From assembly GCF_058153355.1 (NCBI RefSeq), contig NZ_CM177019.1: 64,000 nt of DNA. The stretch is one strand, 5' to 3'. Every line of letters starts with the position of its first letter. Positions within the stretch are counted from its first letter, which is position 1. Below are positions 39,599-53,320 of this stretch, piece after piece. Position numbers and translations under genes: made by a program. Under the pieces are notes generated by a model. The model did no database searches, was not told the origin of the DNA, and saw only the letters and a list, made by a program, of their open reading frames with translations.

Positions 39599-39712
39599 GC
39601 AAAAGGGGAGCATGCAACGCGCGTTGCATCCCCCTTTTCCCTCGGGTGTTGTACTGATTTTTGAGCGGAATCGCGTTAGCATGGGTCAGGAACCAATCTA
39701 CCTGGGGAACTC

Positions 39713-40525
39713 ATGGCTATCAAACTCATTGCTATCGATATGGATGGCACCCTTCTGCTGCCCGATCACACCATTTCACCCGCTGTTAAAAACGCGATTG
39801 CCGCAGCTCGCGCCCGTGGCGTGAATGTCGTGCTAACGACGGGTCGCCCTTATGCAGGTGTTCACAACTACCTGAAAGAGCTGCATATGGAACAGCCGGG
39901 CGACTACTGCATTACTTATAACGGCGCGCTGGTACAGAAGGCCGCCGATGGTAGCACCGTGGCGCAAACCGCTCTCAGCTATGACGACTACCGTTTCCTG
40001 GAAAAACTCTCTCGCGAAGTCGGTTCTCATTTCCACGCCCTGGACCGCACCACGCTGTACACCGCCAACCGGGATATCAGCCCTTACACCGTGCATGAGT
40101 CGTTTGTGGCGACGATCCCGCTGGTGTTCTGCGAAGCGGAGAAAATGGACCCCAATACCCAGTTCCTGAAAGTGATGATGATTGATGAACCCGCCATCCT
40201 CGACCAGGCTATCGCGCGTATTCCGCAGGAAGTGAAAGAGAAATATACCGTGCTGAAAAGTGCGCCGTACTTCCTCGAAATCCTCGATAAACGCGTTAAC
40301 AAAGGTACAGGTGTGAAATCACTGGCCGATGTGCTGGGCATTAAGCCGGAAGAAATCATGGCGATTGGCGATCAGGAAAACGACATCGCAATGATTGAAT
40401 ATGCAGGTGTTGGTGTGGCAATGGATAACGCTATTCCTTCGGTGAAAGAAGTGGCGAACTTTGTCACCAAATCCAACCTGGAAGATGGCGTGGCGTTTGC
40501 TATTGAGAAGTATGTGCTGAATTAA
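39713..40525 (+). CDS. yidA: Sugar phosphatase, HAD superfamily (Cof-type)
   Basis: 270 aa, MAIKLIAIDMDGTLL... Confidence 0.93.
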   Translation: MAIKLIAIDMDGTLLLPDHTISPAVKNAIAAARARGVNVVLTTGRPYAGVHNYLKELHMEQPGDYCITYNGALVQKAADGSTVAQTALSYDDYRFLEKLSREVGSHFHALDRTTLYTANRDISPYTVHESFVATIPLVFCEAEKMDPNTQFLKVMMIDEPAILDQAIARIPQEVKEKYTVLKSAPYFLEILDKRVNKGTGVKSLADVLGIKPEEIMAIGDQENDIAMIEYAGVGVAMDNAIPSVKEVANFVTKSNLEDGVAFAIEKYVLN

Positions 40526-40568
40526 TCAGTGGGAGGGCAAACTGCATAAATGCGTTTGCCCGCAGCGA

Positions 40569-41342
40569 TTAACAATTTCTGGTCGTGCATAAAATCAGGA
40601 ACTGGAGTGGTGACGTTACTATATCCAGCGTAAGAGTGACTGGTAGCAGTGCATTAGCGAGGCCGCGCGGAACGCCATCAGTTGCTTTGTACTTATAAAA
40701 TCCCACCGTAAAGGGTTGATGGAAAACCATCACGTTTGAGTAATCCGCTTTTTTATTTTTCTGGTGGATAGAGCCTTTCAGGCCGTCAAGTGCCCAGGTA
40801 CAACGCTGGGTATTACAAATAAAACCATATTGTGTCGCCAGTGCTTTATCTTCCTCATTATCCCAGTCGTAATAGAGCGTTATTGAACCAGAAAAATTAG
40901 TATCACTGCTGCTTAAAATAAATTTCGCGTTATCGGAAACGGTGATTCTTTCGCCATGAATTGCCGGATCGTTCAGCATTTTAACCACCTCGCCGCCGCC
41001 CGTGGTCAACAGATAGTCCAACGATTCACCAACAAAAACATAGCCTTTCGTACCGTTACTATCCTCTGCCAGCGATAACCCCTTAATCGAGTCTGACCGC
41101 CATTGCTCGGCATGTGGAGGACTTGCGGTATTGGAAACCAACCCCCAAGTGAGACAACCGGTCAACGCAAATGCCAAAGAACACAAACCGGCAGCCTTAA
41201 AAAATCCCTTAAAATTCAACTTTATGACTAATCCTTTAAACGAGTAGCTAAGCCGTTGAAAGCATACTCTTCTTTCCCTCCTGTTTAGCGCCTGATATCC
41301 CTTTTCAGATTTCTGCCCGACGCATGTCATTTTTTTATGCAT
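40569..41342 (-). CDS. yidX: Putative lipoprotein
   Basis: Lipobox [11 protein letters not shown]-track N-terminus probably over-extended, true start uncertain (about 41220-41330). Confidence 0.7.
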   Translation of the reverse strand: MHKKMTCVGQKSEKGYQALNRRERRVCFQRLSYSFKGLVIKLNFKGFFKAAGLCSLAFALTGCLTWGLVSNTASPPHAEQWRSDSIKGLSLAEDSNGTKGYVFVGESLDYLLTTGGGEVVKMLNDPAIHGERITVSDNAKFILSSSDTNFSGSITLYYDWDNEEDKALATQYGFICNTQRCTWALDGLKGSIHQKNKKADYSNVMVFHQPFTVGFYKYKATDGVPRGLANALLPVTLTLDIVTSPLQFLILCTTRNC

Positions 41343-41359
41343 TGTTCTTTTTGTGATCT

Positions 41360-41440
41360 AAATTGTAGTACAACAATATAACTTTGTACTACATTACGCA
41401 TACAGCAAACGCGAACGTCATCACGCTGGTACTACAAAAT
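41360..41440. promoter_or_regulatory. Candidate DgoR operator repeats in dgo promoter (three TTGTAnTACAA-like sites)
   Basis: aattgtagtacaa, tttgtactaca, tggtactacaa directly upstream of dgoR. Confidence 0.5.
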
Positions 41441-41502
41441 TGCCGCGTTATGCATCGATCGGGGTAAAGTAGAGAAGTACATACAGAGCACAAGGACTCT
41501 CC

Positions 41503-42192
41503 ATGACTCTCAATAAAACCGATCGCATCGTCATTACGCTGGGCAAACAGATCGTTCACGGCAAATACGTGCCAGGCTCGCCGCTTCCGGCCGAGGCGGA
41601 ACTTTGTGAGGAGTTTGCAACCTCGCGCAACATCATCCGTGAGGTGTTTCGTTCGCTGATGGCGAAGCGGCTGATTGAAATGAAACGTTATCGCGGGGCG
41701 TTTGTGGCACCGCGTAATCAGTGGAATTACCTCGATACTGACGTGCTGCAATGGGTGCTGGAAAACGACTACGACCCACGGCTTATCAGTGCAATGAGCG
41801 AAGTGCGAAATCTGGTGGAACCGGCGATTGCCCGTTGGGCGGCAGAGCGCGCGACTTCCAGCGATCTGGCGCAGATTGAATCAGCGCTGAACGAGATGAT
41901 CGCCAACAATCAGGACCGCGAAGCGTTTAACGAAGCGGATATTCGCTATCACGAGGCGGTACTGCAATCAGTGCATAACCCGGTGTTACAGCAACTTAGC
42001 ATTGCGATTAGTTCATTACAGCGGGCGGTTTTTGAACGAACCTGGATGGGCGATGAGGCCAACATGCCGCAAACGCTCCAGGAACATAAGGCGCTGTTTG
42101 ATGCGATACGGCATCAGGACGGCGATGCGGCAGAGCAGGCGGCGCTTACCATGATCGCCAGCTCGACACGAAGGTTAAAGGAAATCACATGA
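41503..42192 (+). CDS. dgoR: GntR/FadR-family repressor of D-galactonate operon
   Basis: 229 aa, N-terminal wHTH, operon context. Confidence 0.9.
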   Translation: MTLNKTDRIVITLGKQIVHGKYVPGSPLPAEAELCEEFATSRNIIREVFRSLMAKRLIEMKRYRGAFVAPRNQWNYLDTDVLQWVLENDYDPRLISAMSEVRNLVEPAIARWAAERATSSDLAQIESALNEMIANNQDREAFNEADIRYHEAVLQSVHNPVLQQLSIAISSLQRAVFERTWMGDEANMPQTLQEHKALFDAIRHQDGDAAEQAALTMIASSTRRLKEIT

Positions 42193-43067
42193 CAGCTCGC
42201 TACATCGCAATTGACTGGGGATCGACCAATCTGCGCGCCTGGCTTTATCAGGGCGACCACTGCCTGGACAGCAGGCAATCAGAAGCAGGCGTTACGCGTC
42301 TGAACGGAAAATCTCCGGCTGCGGTGTTAGCAGAAGTGACGACCGACTGGTGTGAAGAGAATACGCCAGTGGTGATGGCAGGAATGGTTGGCAGCAATGT
42401 CGGCTGGAAAGTTGCGCCGTATTTATCTGTTCCTGCCCGTTTTTCGTCTATTGGCGAACAATTAACGTCTGTTGGCGACAATATCTGGATTATTCCCGGA
42501 TTATGCGTTTCTCATGATGATAACCACAATGTGATGCGCGGCGAAGAAACACAATTGATCGGCGCGCGTGCTTTGGCTCCTTCCTCTCTTTATGTCATGC
42601 CCGGTACGCATTGCAAATGGGTGCAGGCCGATAGCCAGCAAATCAACGATTTTCGCACCGTGATGACCGGTGAATTACATCATTTACTGTTAAATCATTC
42701 ATTGATTGGCGCAGGTTTACCACCGCAGGAAAACTCTGCCGATGCCTTCGCGGCTGGCCTTGAGCGTGGTCTCAATGCGCCCGCCATATTGCCGCAGCTT
42801 TTTGAAGTTCGTGCCTCGCATGTGCTGGGAACACTTCCCCGTGAACAGGTCAGCGAATTTCTCTCTGGTTTGTTGATTGGCGCAGAGGTCGCCAGTATGC
42901 GCGACTACGTGGTCCATCAACACGCCATCACCCTTGTCGCCGGAACATCGCTGACTGCACGCTACCAGCAAGCCTTTCAGGCGATGGGTTGCGACGTGAC
43001 GGCGGTGGCGGGCGACACGGCATTTCAGGCTGGTATAAGGAGCATCGCTCATGCAGTGGCAAACTAA
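42189..43067 (+). CDS. dgoK: 2-dehydro-3-deoxygalactonokinase
   Basis: 292 aa, overlaps dgoR stop. Confidence 0.9.
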   Translation: MTARYIAIDWGSTNLRAWLYQGDHCLDSRQSEAGVTRLNGKSPAAVLAEVTTDWCEENTPVVMAGMVGSNVGWKVAPYLSVPARFSSIGEQLTSVGDNIWIIPGLCVSHDDNHNVMRGEETQLIGARALAPSSLYVMPGTHCKWVQADSQQINDFRTVMTGELHHLLLNHSLIGAGLPPQENSADAFAAGLERGLNAPAILPQLFEVRASHVLGTLPREQVSEFLSGLLIGAEVASMRDYVVHQHAITLVAGTSLTARYQQAFQAMGCDVTAVAGDTAFQAGIRSIAHAVAN

Positions 43068-43668
43068 ACTCCCGCTGATCGCCATTTTGCGCGGTATTAC
43101 GCCCGACGAGGCGCTGGCGCATGTTGGCGCGGTGATTGACGCTGGGTTCGACGCGGTTGAAATCCCTCTGAATTCCCCACAATGGGAACAAAGCATTCCC
43201 GCCATCGTTGATGCGTATGGCGACAAGGCGTTGATTGGCGCAGGTACGGTACTGAAACCTGAACAGGTCGATGCGCTCGCCAGGATGGGCTGTCAGCTCA
43301 TCGTTACGCCCAATATCCATAGTGAAGTGATCCGCCGCGCGGTGGGCTATGGCATGACCGTTTGCCCCGGCTGCGCGACGGCGACAGAAGCCTTTACCGC
43401 GATCGACGCGGGCGCTCAGGCGCTGAAAATATTCCCGTCATCGGCTTTTGGGCCGCAATACATCAAAGCGTTAAAAGCGGTATTACCGCAGGACATCCCG
43501 GTCTTTGCCGTAGGCGGTGTGACGCCAGAAAACCTGGCGCAGTGGATAGACGCAGGTTGTGCAGGGGCGGGCTTAGGCAGCGATCTCTATCGCGCCGGGC
43601 AGTCCGTAGAACGCACCGCGCAGCAGGCAGCAGCATTTGTTAAGGCGTATCGAGAGGCAGTGCAATGA
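43051..43668 (+). CDS. dgoA: 2-dehydro-3-deoxy-6-phosphogalactonate aldolase
   Basis: 205 aa KDPG-aldolase-like. Confidence 0.9.
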   Translation: MQWQTKLPLIAILRGITPDEALAHVGAVIDAGFDAVEIPLNSPQWEQSIPAIVDAYGDKALIGAGTVLKPEQVDALARMGCQLIVTPNIHSEVIRRAVGYGMTVCPGCATATEAFTAIDAGAQALKIFPSSAFGPQYIKALKAVLPQDIPVFAVGGVTPENLAQWIDAGCAGAGLGSDLYRAGQSVERTAQQAAAFVKAYREAVQ

Positions 43669-44702
43669 AAATCACCAACATTACTACGTATCGTTTACCT
43701 CCCCGCTGGATGTTCCTGAAAATTGAAACTGATGAAGGCGTGGTCGGTTGGGGCGAGCCCGTGATCGAAGGCCGCGCTCGTACGGTGGAAGCGGCAGTTC
43801 ACGAGCTGAGTGACTATTTGATTGGTCAGGATCCATCGCGCATCAATGACTTATGGCAAGTGATGTATCGCGCCGGATTTTATCGTGGCGGTCCGATTCT
43901 GATGAGCGCCATCGCCGGGATCGACCAGGCGTTATGGGATATCAAAGGTAAAGTGCTGAATGCGCCGGTCTGGCAACTGATGGGCGGCCTGGTTCGCGAC
44001 AAAATTAAAGCCTACAGTTGGGTCGGCGGCGATCGTCCGGCGGATGTTATCGACGGCATTAAAACGCTACGCGAAATCGGCTTCGATACCTTCAAACTGA
44101 ACGGTTGTGAAGAACTGGGATTGATTGATAACTCCCGCGCGGTAGATGCGGCGGTCAACACCGTGGCACAAATTCGTGAAGCTTTTGGCAATCAGATTGA
44201 GTTTGGTCTTGATTTCCACGGTCGCGTCAGCGCGCCGATGGCGAAAGTGCTGATTAAAGAACTGGAACCGTATCGCCCTCTGTTTATTGAAGAGCCGGTG
44301 CTGGCGGAACAAGCCGAATACTACCCGAAACTGGCAGCACAAACTCACATCCCACTGGCGGCGGGTGAGCGCATGTTCTCACGTTTCGATTTTAAACGTG
44401 TGCTGGAAGCTGGCGGTATTTCGATTCTGCAACCCGATCTTTCTCACGCAGGTGGTATTACCGAATGCTACAAAATTGCCGGAATGGCGGAAGCCTATGA
44501 CGTGACCCTTGCGCCGCACTGTCCGCTCGGCCCGATTGCACTGGCGGCTTGCCTGCATATCGACTTTGTTTCCTATAACGCGGTACTTCAGGAACAAAGT
44601 ATGGGCATTCATTACAACAAAGGCGCGGAGTTACTCGACTTTGTGAAAAATAAAGAAGACTTCAGCATGGTCGGTAATGCCGATCAGTTAAGGATCAGTT
44701 GA
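43665..44702 (+). pseudogene. dgoD: D-galactonate dehydratase, 3'-truncated by IS4 (last 9 codons read into the IS)
   Basis: Enolase-superfamily protein [31 protein letters not shown]...; ORF is 345 aa versus the ~382 aa I recall; reading frame crosses IS4 end at 44675. Confidence 0.8.
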
Positions 44703-46100
44703 CCGATCCAGTGGCTGTGTAAGAATCCGGAAACGCTCACTTGTTTCCGGATTTTTTTATGCACATTGGACAGGCTCTTGATCTGGTATCCCGTTACGAT
44801 TCTCTGCGTAACCCACTGACTTCTCTGGGGGATTACCTCGACCCCGAACTCATCTCTCGTTGCCTTGCCGAATCAGGTACTGTAACGCTACGCAAGCGCC
44901 GTCTTCCCCTCGAAATGATGGTCTGGTGTATTGTTGGCATGGCGCTTGAGCGTAAAGAACCTCTTCACCAGATTGTGAATCGCCTGGACATCATGCTGCC
45001 GGGCAATCGCCCCTTCGTTGCCCCCAGTGCCGTTATTCAGGCCCGCCAGCGCCTGGGAAGTGAGGCTGTCCGCCGCGTGTTCACGAAAACAGCGCAGCTC
45101 TGGCATAACGCCACGCCGCATCCGCACTGGTGCGGCCTGACCCTGCTGGCCATCGATGGTGTGTTCTGGCGCACACCGGATACACCAGAGAACGATGCAG
45201 CCTTCCCCCGCCAGACACATGCCGGGAACCCGGCGCTCTACCCGCAGGTCAAAATGGTCTGCCAGATGGAACTGACCAGCCATCTGCTGACGGCTGCAGC
45301 CTTCGGCACGATGAAGAACAGCGAAAATGAGCTTGCTGAGCAACTTATAGAACAAACCGGCGATAACACTCTGACGTTAATGGATAAAGGTTATTACTCA
45401 CTGGGACTGTTAAATGCCTGGAGCCTGGCGGGAGAACACCGCCACTGGATGATACCTCTCAGAAAGGGAGCGCAATATGAAGAGATCAGAAAACTGGGTA
45501 AAGGCGATCATCTGGTGAAGCTGAAAACCAGCCCGCAGGCACGAAAAAAGTGGCCGGGACTGGGAAATGAAGTGACAGCCCGCCTGCTGACCGTGACGCG
45601 CAAAGGAAAAGTCTGCCATCTGCTGACGTCGATGACGGACGCCATGCGCTTCCCCGGAGGAGAAATGGCGGATCTGTACAGTCATCGCTGGGAAATCGAA
45701 CTGGGATACAGGGAGATAAAACAGACGATGCAACTGAGCAGGCTGACGCTGAGAAGTAAAAAGCCGGAGCTTGTGGAGCAAGAGCTGTGGGGTGTCTTAC
45801 TGGCTTATAATCTGGTGAGATATCAGATGATTAAAATGGCGGAACATCTGAAAGGTTACTGGCCGAATCAACTGAGTTTCTCAGAATCATGCGGAATGGT
45901 GATGAGAATGCTGATGACATTGCAGGGCGCTTCACCGGGACGTATACCGGAGCTGATGCGCGATCTTGCAAGTATGGGACAACTTGTGAAATTACCGACA
46001 AGAAGGGAAAGGGCCTTCCCGAGAGTGGTAAAGGAGAGGCCCTGGAAATACCCCACAGCCCCGAAAAAGAGCCAGTCAGTTGCTTAACTGACTGGCATTA
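44675..46100 (+). mobile_element. IS4 insertion sequence, copy 2 (1426 bp), no target-site duplication
   Basis: Identical to 21-1446 in opposite orientation; flanks tcagcatggtcgg / gaccgatttggcc do not match. Confidence 0.85.
44759..46087 (+). CDS. insG: IS4 transposase
   Basis: Same protein as copy 1. Confidence 0.85.
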   Translation: MHIGQALDLVSRYDSLRNPLTSLGDYLDPELISRCLAESGTVTLRKRRLPLEMMVWCIVGMALERKEPLHQIVNRLDIMLPGNRPFVAPSAVIQARQRLGSEAVRRVFTKTAQLWHNATPHPHWCGLTLLAIDGVFWRTPDTPENDAAFPRQTHAGNPALYPQVKMVCQMELTSHLLTAAAFGTMKNSENELAEQLIEQTGDNTLTLMDKGYYSLGLLNAWSLAGEHRHWMIPLRKGAQYEEIRKLGKGDHLVKLKTSPQARKKWPGLGNEVTARLLTVTRKGKVCHLLTSMTDAMRFPGGEMADLYSHRWEIELGYREIKQTMQLSRLTLRSKKPELVEQELWGVLLAYNLVRYQMIKMAEHLKGYWPNQLSFSESCGMVMRMLMTLQGASPGRIPELMRDLASMGQLVKLPTRRERAFPRVVKERPWKYPTAPKKSQSVA

Positions 46101-46134
46101 GACCGATTTGGCCCCGTTCTATTTTTTAGTGAAC

Positions 46135-48600
<2,466 letters not shown>

Positions 48601-50034
48601 CTATTTCAAGCGATAGTAAAGCTCACGGTACGACTTCGCCGCGACCTGCCAGCTAAAATCCATTGCCATAGCCTGACGTTGCACAAACCGCCACAGTGAA
48701 GGACGGGACCACAGTACAAAAGCACGTCGAATAGCCCGTAACAGCGACCAGGCATTACTATCTTCAAAGACAAACCCACTGGCGACGCCATCTGCAAGGT
48801 TCTCAAGAGAACAGTCAGAAACCGTATCAGCAAGCCCACCGGTGCGCCGCACTAACGGCAGCGTACCGTACTTCAATCCATAAAGTTGCGTTAAGCCGCA
48901 CGGTTCAAAACGGCTGGGCACCAGAATGACGTCCGCGCCGCCCATAATGCGATGCGAAAATGCTTCGTGATAGCCAATCTGAACGCCCACTTGTCCGGGA
49001 TATTCCGCGGCCGCGGCAAGGAAACCTTCCTGCAACACCGGATCACCCGCGCCGAGTAGCGCCAGCTGTCCGCCCTGCTCCAGAAGGCCTGGTAAGGCTT
49101 CCAGCACCAGGTCGAGACCTTTCTGGCTGGTCAGACGGCTCACCACTGCAAAAAGCGGCACTTTATCGTCAACCTTAAGCCCCATTGCGATTTGTAACTG
49201 GCGCTTATTCTCCGCTTTATCTTCCAATGTATCGCGGGTGTAACGCGAGGCCAACAGTAAGTCCGTCTCTGGACTCCAGATTTTTTCGTCCACGCCGTTT
49301 AGTACGCCGGAAAGACGCCCTTCACGGTGACGCTGCTGCAACAGACCTTCCATACCGTAGGCAAACTGCGGTTCGGTGATCTCGCGAGCGTAGGTCGGGC
49401 TGACCGCCGTAATATGATCGGCATAGTACAGACCAGCCTTCAGGAAAGAGATTTGTCCGTTGAATTCCAGCCCATGAATATTAAAGAATGACCATGGCAA
49501 TTGAATGTCATTCATGTGATGTGCATAAAACATGCCTTGATAGGCCAGGTTGTGCACAGTAAACACCGACTTCGCCGGACGCCCGCGCGCCGCCAGATAC
49601 GCAGGCGCAAGGCCCGCATGCCAGTCGTGCGCATGCACCACATCAGGGCGCCAGAATGGGTCAAGCCCGCTGGCCATTTCTGCCCCAACCCACCCAAGCA
49701 GCGCAAAACGCAATACGTTGTCAGTGTAGGCAAATAAGTTGGTATCGTGATACGGGCTTCCCGGACGATCATAGAGATGCGGCGCGTCAATCAGGTAAAT
49801 GCCAACCCCGTTGTAATGGCCGAACAACAGCGTGATATGCCCTGCGAAGGTATCACGGCGAGATACCACCTGCGCATCGGTTACGCCACGGCGAATATCG
49901 GGAAATGCAGGCAACAGTACGCGAGCGTCAACGCCGTCTGCGATTTGTGCTGCGGGTAATGCCCCAATAACATCAGCCAGACCGCCGGTTTTAAGCAGCG
50001 GGAACATCTCTGAACATACATGTAAAACCTGCAT
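48601..50034 (-). CDS. glgA: Glycogen synthase
   Basis: 477 aa, [22 protein letters not shown]... Confidence 0.97.
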
Positions 50035-51329
50035 TATCGCTCCTGTTTATGCCCTAACTTCCGTAGCATTTCGCGCGTTACCAGCACGATGCCTTCTTCT
50101 GAACGATAGAAACGACGTGCATCTTCCTCTGCGTTTTCACCAATCACCATGCCTTCCGGAATAACACAAGCACGATCAATGACGCAGCGGCGCAGACGGC
50201 ACGAGCGACCTACCCATACTTCCGGTAACAATACGGCGGAATCAATGTTGCAGAATGAATTCACGCGAACGCGCGAGAACAGAACGGACTGCACCACCAC
50301 CGAACCGGAGATCACACAACCGCCGGAAACCAGTGAGTTAAGGGTCATCCCGTGGCTACCGGAGCGATCTTGCACGAATTTCGCTGGCGGTAATGATTCA
50401 TTGTAGGTGCGAATTGGCCAATTGCGATCGTACATATCCAGTTCCGGCACCACTGATGCCAGATCGAGGTTCGCTTTCCAGTAAGCTTCAAGCGTACCCA
50501 CATCGCGCCAGTACGGCTCGGCATCCGGGTCGGATTGTACGCAAGAGAGCGGGAACGGGTGCGCATAGGCCAGACCGGCTTCGGTGATTTTGGGAATCAA
50601 ATCTTTACCAAAGTCGTGGCTGGAGTTCTCATCGCGATCATCTTCTTCCAGCAGTTCATACAGATAGTCGGCGTCAAAGACGTAGATACCCATGCTCGCC
50701 AGAGATTTGCTCGGGTCGTTCGGCATTGACGGCGGGTTAGCGGGTTTTTCAACGAATTCGATAATTTTATCGTTCTCATCAACCGCCATAACGCCAAATG
50801 CGGAGGCTTCTTCAATCGGTACAGGCATACAAGCGACGGTGCAACGTGCGCCTTTTTCGACGTGGTCGATAAGCATACGCGAGTAGTCTTGCTTGTAGAT
50901 ATGGTCGCCCGCCAGGATCACCACATATTCCGCTTTGTAACGGCGAATAATGTCGAGGTTTTGCGTGACCGCATCTGCGGTGCCGCGATACCAGTTTTCC
51001 CCTTTCATTCTCTGCTGCGCTGGCAACAGATCGACAAACTCGTTCATTTCTTCATTGAAGAATGACCAGCCGCGCTGAATGTGCTGCACCAGAGTATGGG
51101 ACTGGTACTGGGTGATCACGCCCATACGACGGATCCCGGAGTTGATGCAGTTAGACAGTGCAAAGTCGATAATGCGGAACTTACCGCCGAAGTGTACGGC
51201 CGGTTTTGCTCGCTTATTGGTTAAATCCTTCAGGCGGGTACCACGTCCTCCCGCCAGTATCAGGGCAACAGATTTCAATGGCAGCTGGCGCGCCAACATT
51301 AAGTGATCGTTCTTCTCTAAACTAACCAT
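50034..51329 (-). CDS. glgC: Glucose-1-phosphate adenylyltransferase
   Basis: [33 protein letters not shown]...; ORF-track start 51365 is over-extended. Confidence 0.95.
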
Positions 51330-51346
51330 GACTAACTCCTTTTTTA

Positions 51347-53320
51347 TCATCTCTGGAACACACACAATCCGTGTGCAGGTCCCTGCCAGACAGCCGTAAT
51401 CACTGGGTTATCCTCTCCAGCGAATGGGGGAATGGCGTGCCACTCCCCAGCAGGTAAAACAATCTCTGTTACCTCAAGCGTGGCGTTAATTGCGATCAAA
51501 AAGCGATCCGAGAGCAGAATTTGCAGCTGTTTCGGCCCGTTTTGCCACTCATCCGTGCTTAAAGGTTGAGCATATCGATTTAGCCAACGGACATTGCCGT
51601 CGCCTTCTTCCCACCAGCGATTCTCCACCAAAGCGGGAATGCGCTTGCGCAGATGGATTAACGCAGCGGTAAATGCGGTTAAACCACTGCTTGCCTGCGA
51701 CCAGTCCAACCAGGTTAATTGATTATCCTGACAGTAGGCATTGTTATTGCCATGCTGGCTATGACCATGTTCGTCACCGGCCAGTAACATCGGCGTACCC
51801 TGGGAGAGCAACAACGTTGTTAACAGGGCGTGAATGCTGTCGCGCCGCCGTTCAACCAGGTCAAGAGTACCGCCTAATCCTTCTTTACCATGATTGTTAC
51901 TGTAATTGTTGTTGGTCCCGTCGCGATTTTCTTCTCCGTTTGCTTCATTGTGTTTATGGTTGAAGCAAACGCAGTCGCGAAGCGTAAAACCGTCATGCGC
52001 GGTGACGAGATTAATCGCAGCACTCGGCAGACGACCATTACGTTTAAAAACATCGCTGGAGGCAGCAAAACGCCCGGCAAACGCCCCCAGAGGCAAATCA
52101 TAATGCAGCCAGAAACGACGGGCAGCATCACGGAAATGATCGTTCCACTCAGCAAACAGTGGCGGGAAATTTCCCACCTGATAACCACCAGGCGCAATAT
52201 CCCACGGTTCGGCAATTAACTTCACCTGCGAGAGCACCGGGCAGTTCTGAATTGCGGTAAACAACGGAGCATCCTGACGGAACTCAGGCGTACGGCCCAT
52301 GACTGCCGCCAGATCAAAACGGAAACCATCGACGTGGCAGGTTTCTACCCAATAACGCAGGCAGGCGCTGGCATAATCCACCACCGCCGGATGACTCAAA
52401 TTAAGCGTGTTGCCACAGCCTGTCCAATTGTGATAATCACCGTCTTCTCTTATCCAATAATAGCTACGGTTGTCGATCCCACGCAGAGAGAATAACGGAC
52501 CGTCGAGGTCCAGTTCCGCACTATGGTTAAGCACGATATCAAGAATGACTTCGATACCCGCTTTATGCAGTGCTTTGATTGCATCGCGAAACTCATTCAG
52601 CGCCGTTTCTGGCGAGCAGGCATACGCCGGATGCAGCGCAAACATCGCTACCGGGTTATAGCCCCAGTAGTTACTTAACCCCATACGTTGCAGGCGTGGT
52701 TCGCTGGCAAATTGTGCCACCGGCAGCAACTCCAGCGCAGTAATGCCCAACTGTTTCAAATAGTTGATCATCACCGGATGCCCCAGGGCTTTATAAGTGC
52801 CGCGGATATCGACCGGGATCTCCGGGTGCAGATACGTTAATCCTTTGACATGGGCTTCATAAATGATAGTGCTGCCCCACGGCGTGCGCGGCGGGGCATC
52901 ATCCTCCCAGTCATAGTGATCAACCACCACTACACATTTCGGCGCAATGGCGGCGTTGTCGCGATAGTCAGGTTCATTATGACCTGCGTGCAGCAGCGGG
53001 TTATCTTTAAACTCCCCGTCAATTTGCCGCGCGCAAGGATCAATCAACAACTTCGCCGGGTTAAAGCGATGTCCCTCGGCGGGTCGCCAGGGGCCATGAA
53101 CGCGATAACCATAACGCAAACCCGGACGCGCATCCGGCAGATAACCGTGCCAAATGTCGCCACTGTGCCCTGGCAAGTCATAGCGATGTTCCTGGCCATT
53201 GGCGTCAAAGATACACAGTTCTACCCGCTCGGCATGAGCGGAGAAAAGTGTGAAGTTGACGCCCTGACCGTCGTAATGCGCGCCGAGGGGTGCGGGTTTG
53301 CCAATGGCGAGTTGTGTCAT
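51347..53320 (-). CDS. glgX: Glycogen debranching enzyme
   Basis: 657 aa GH13. Confidence 0.95.
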
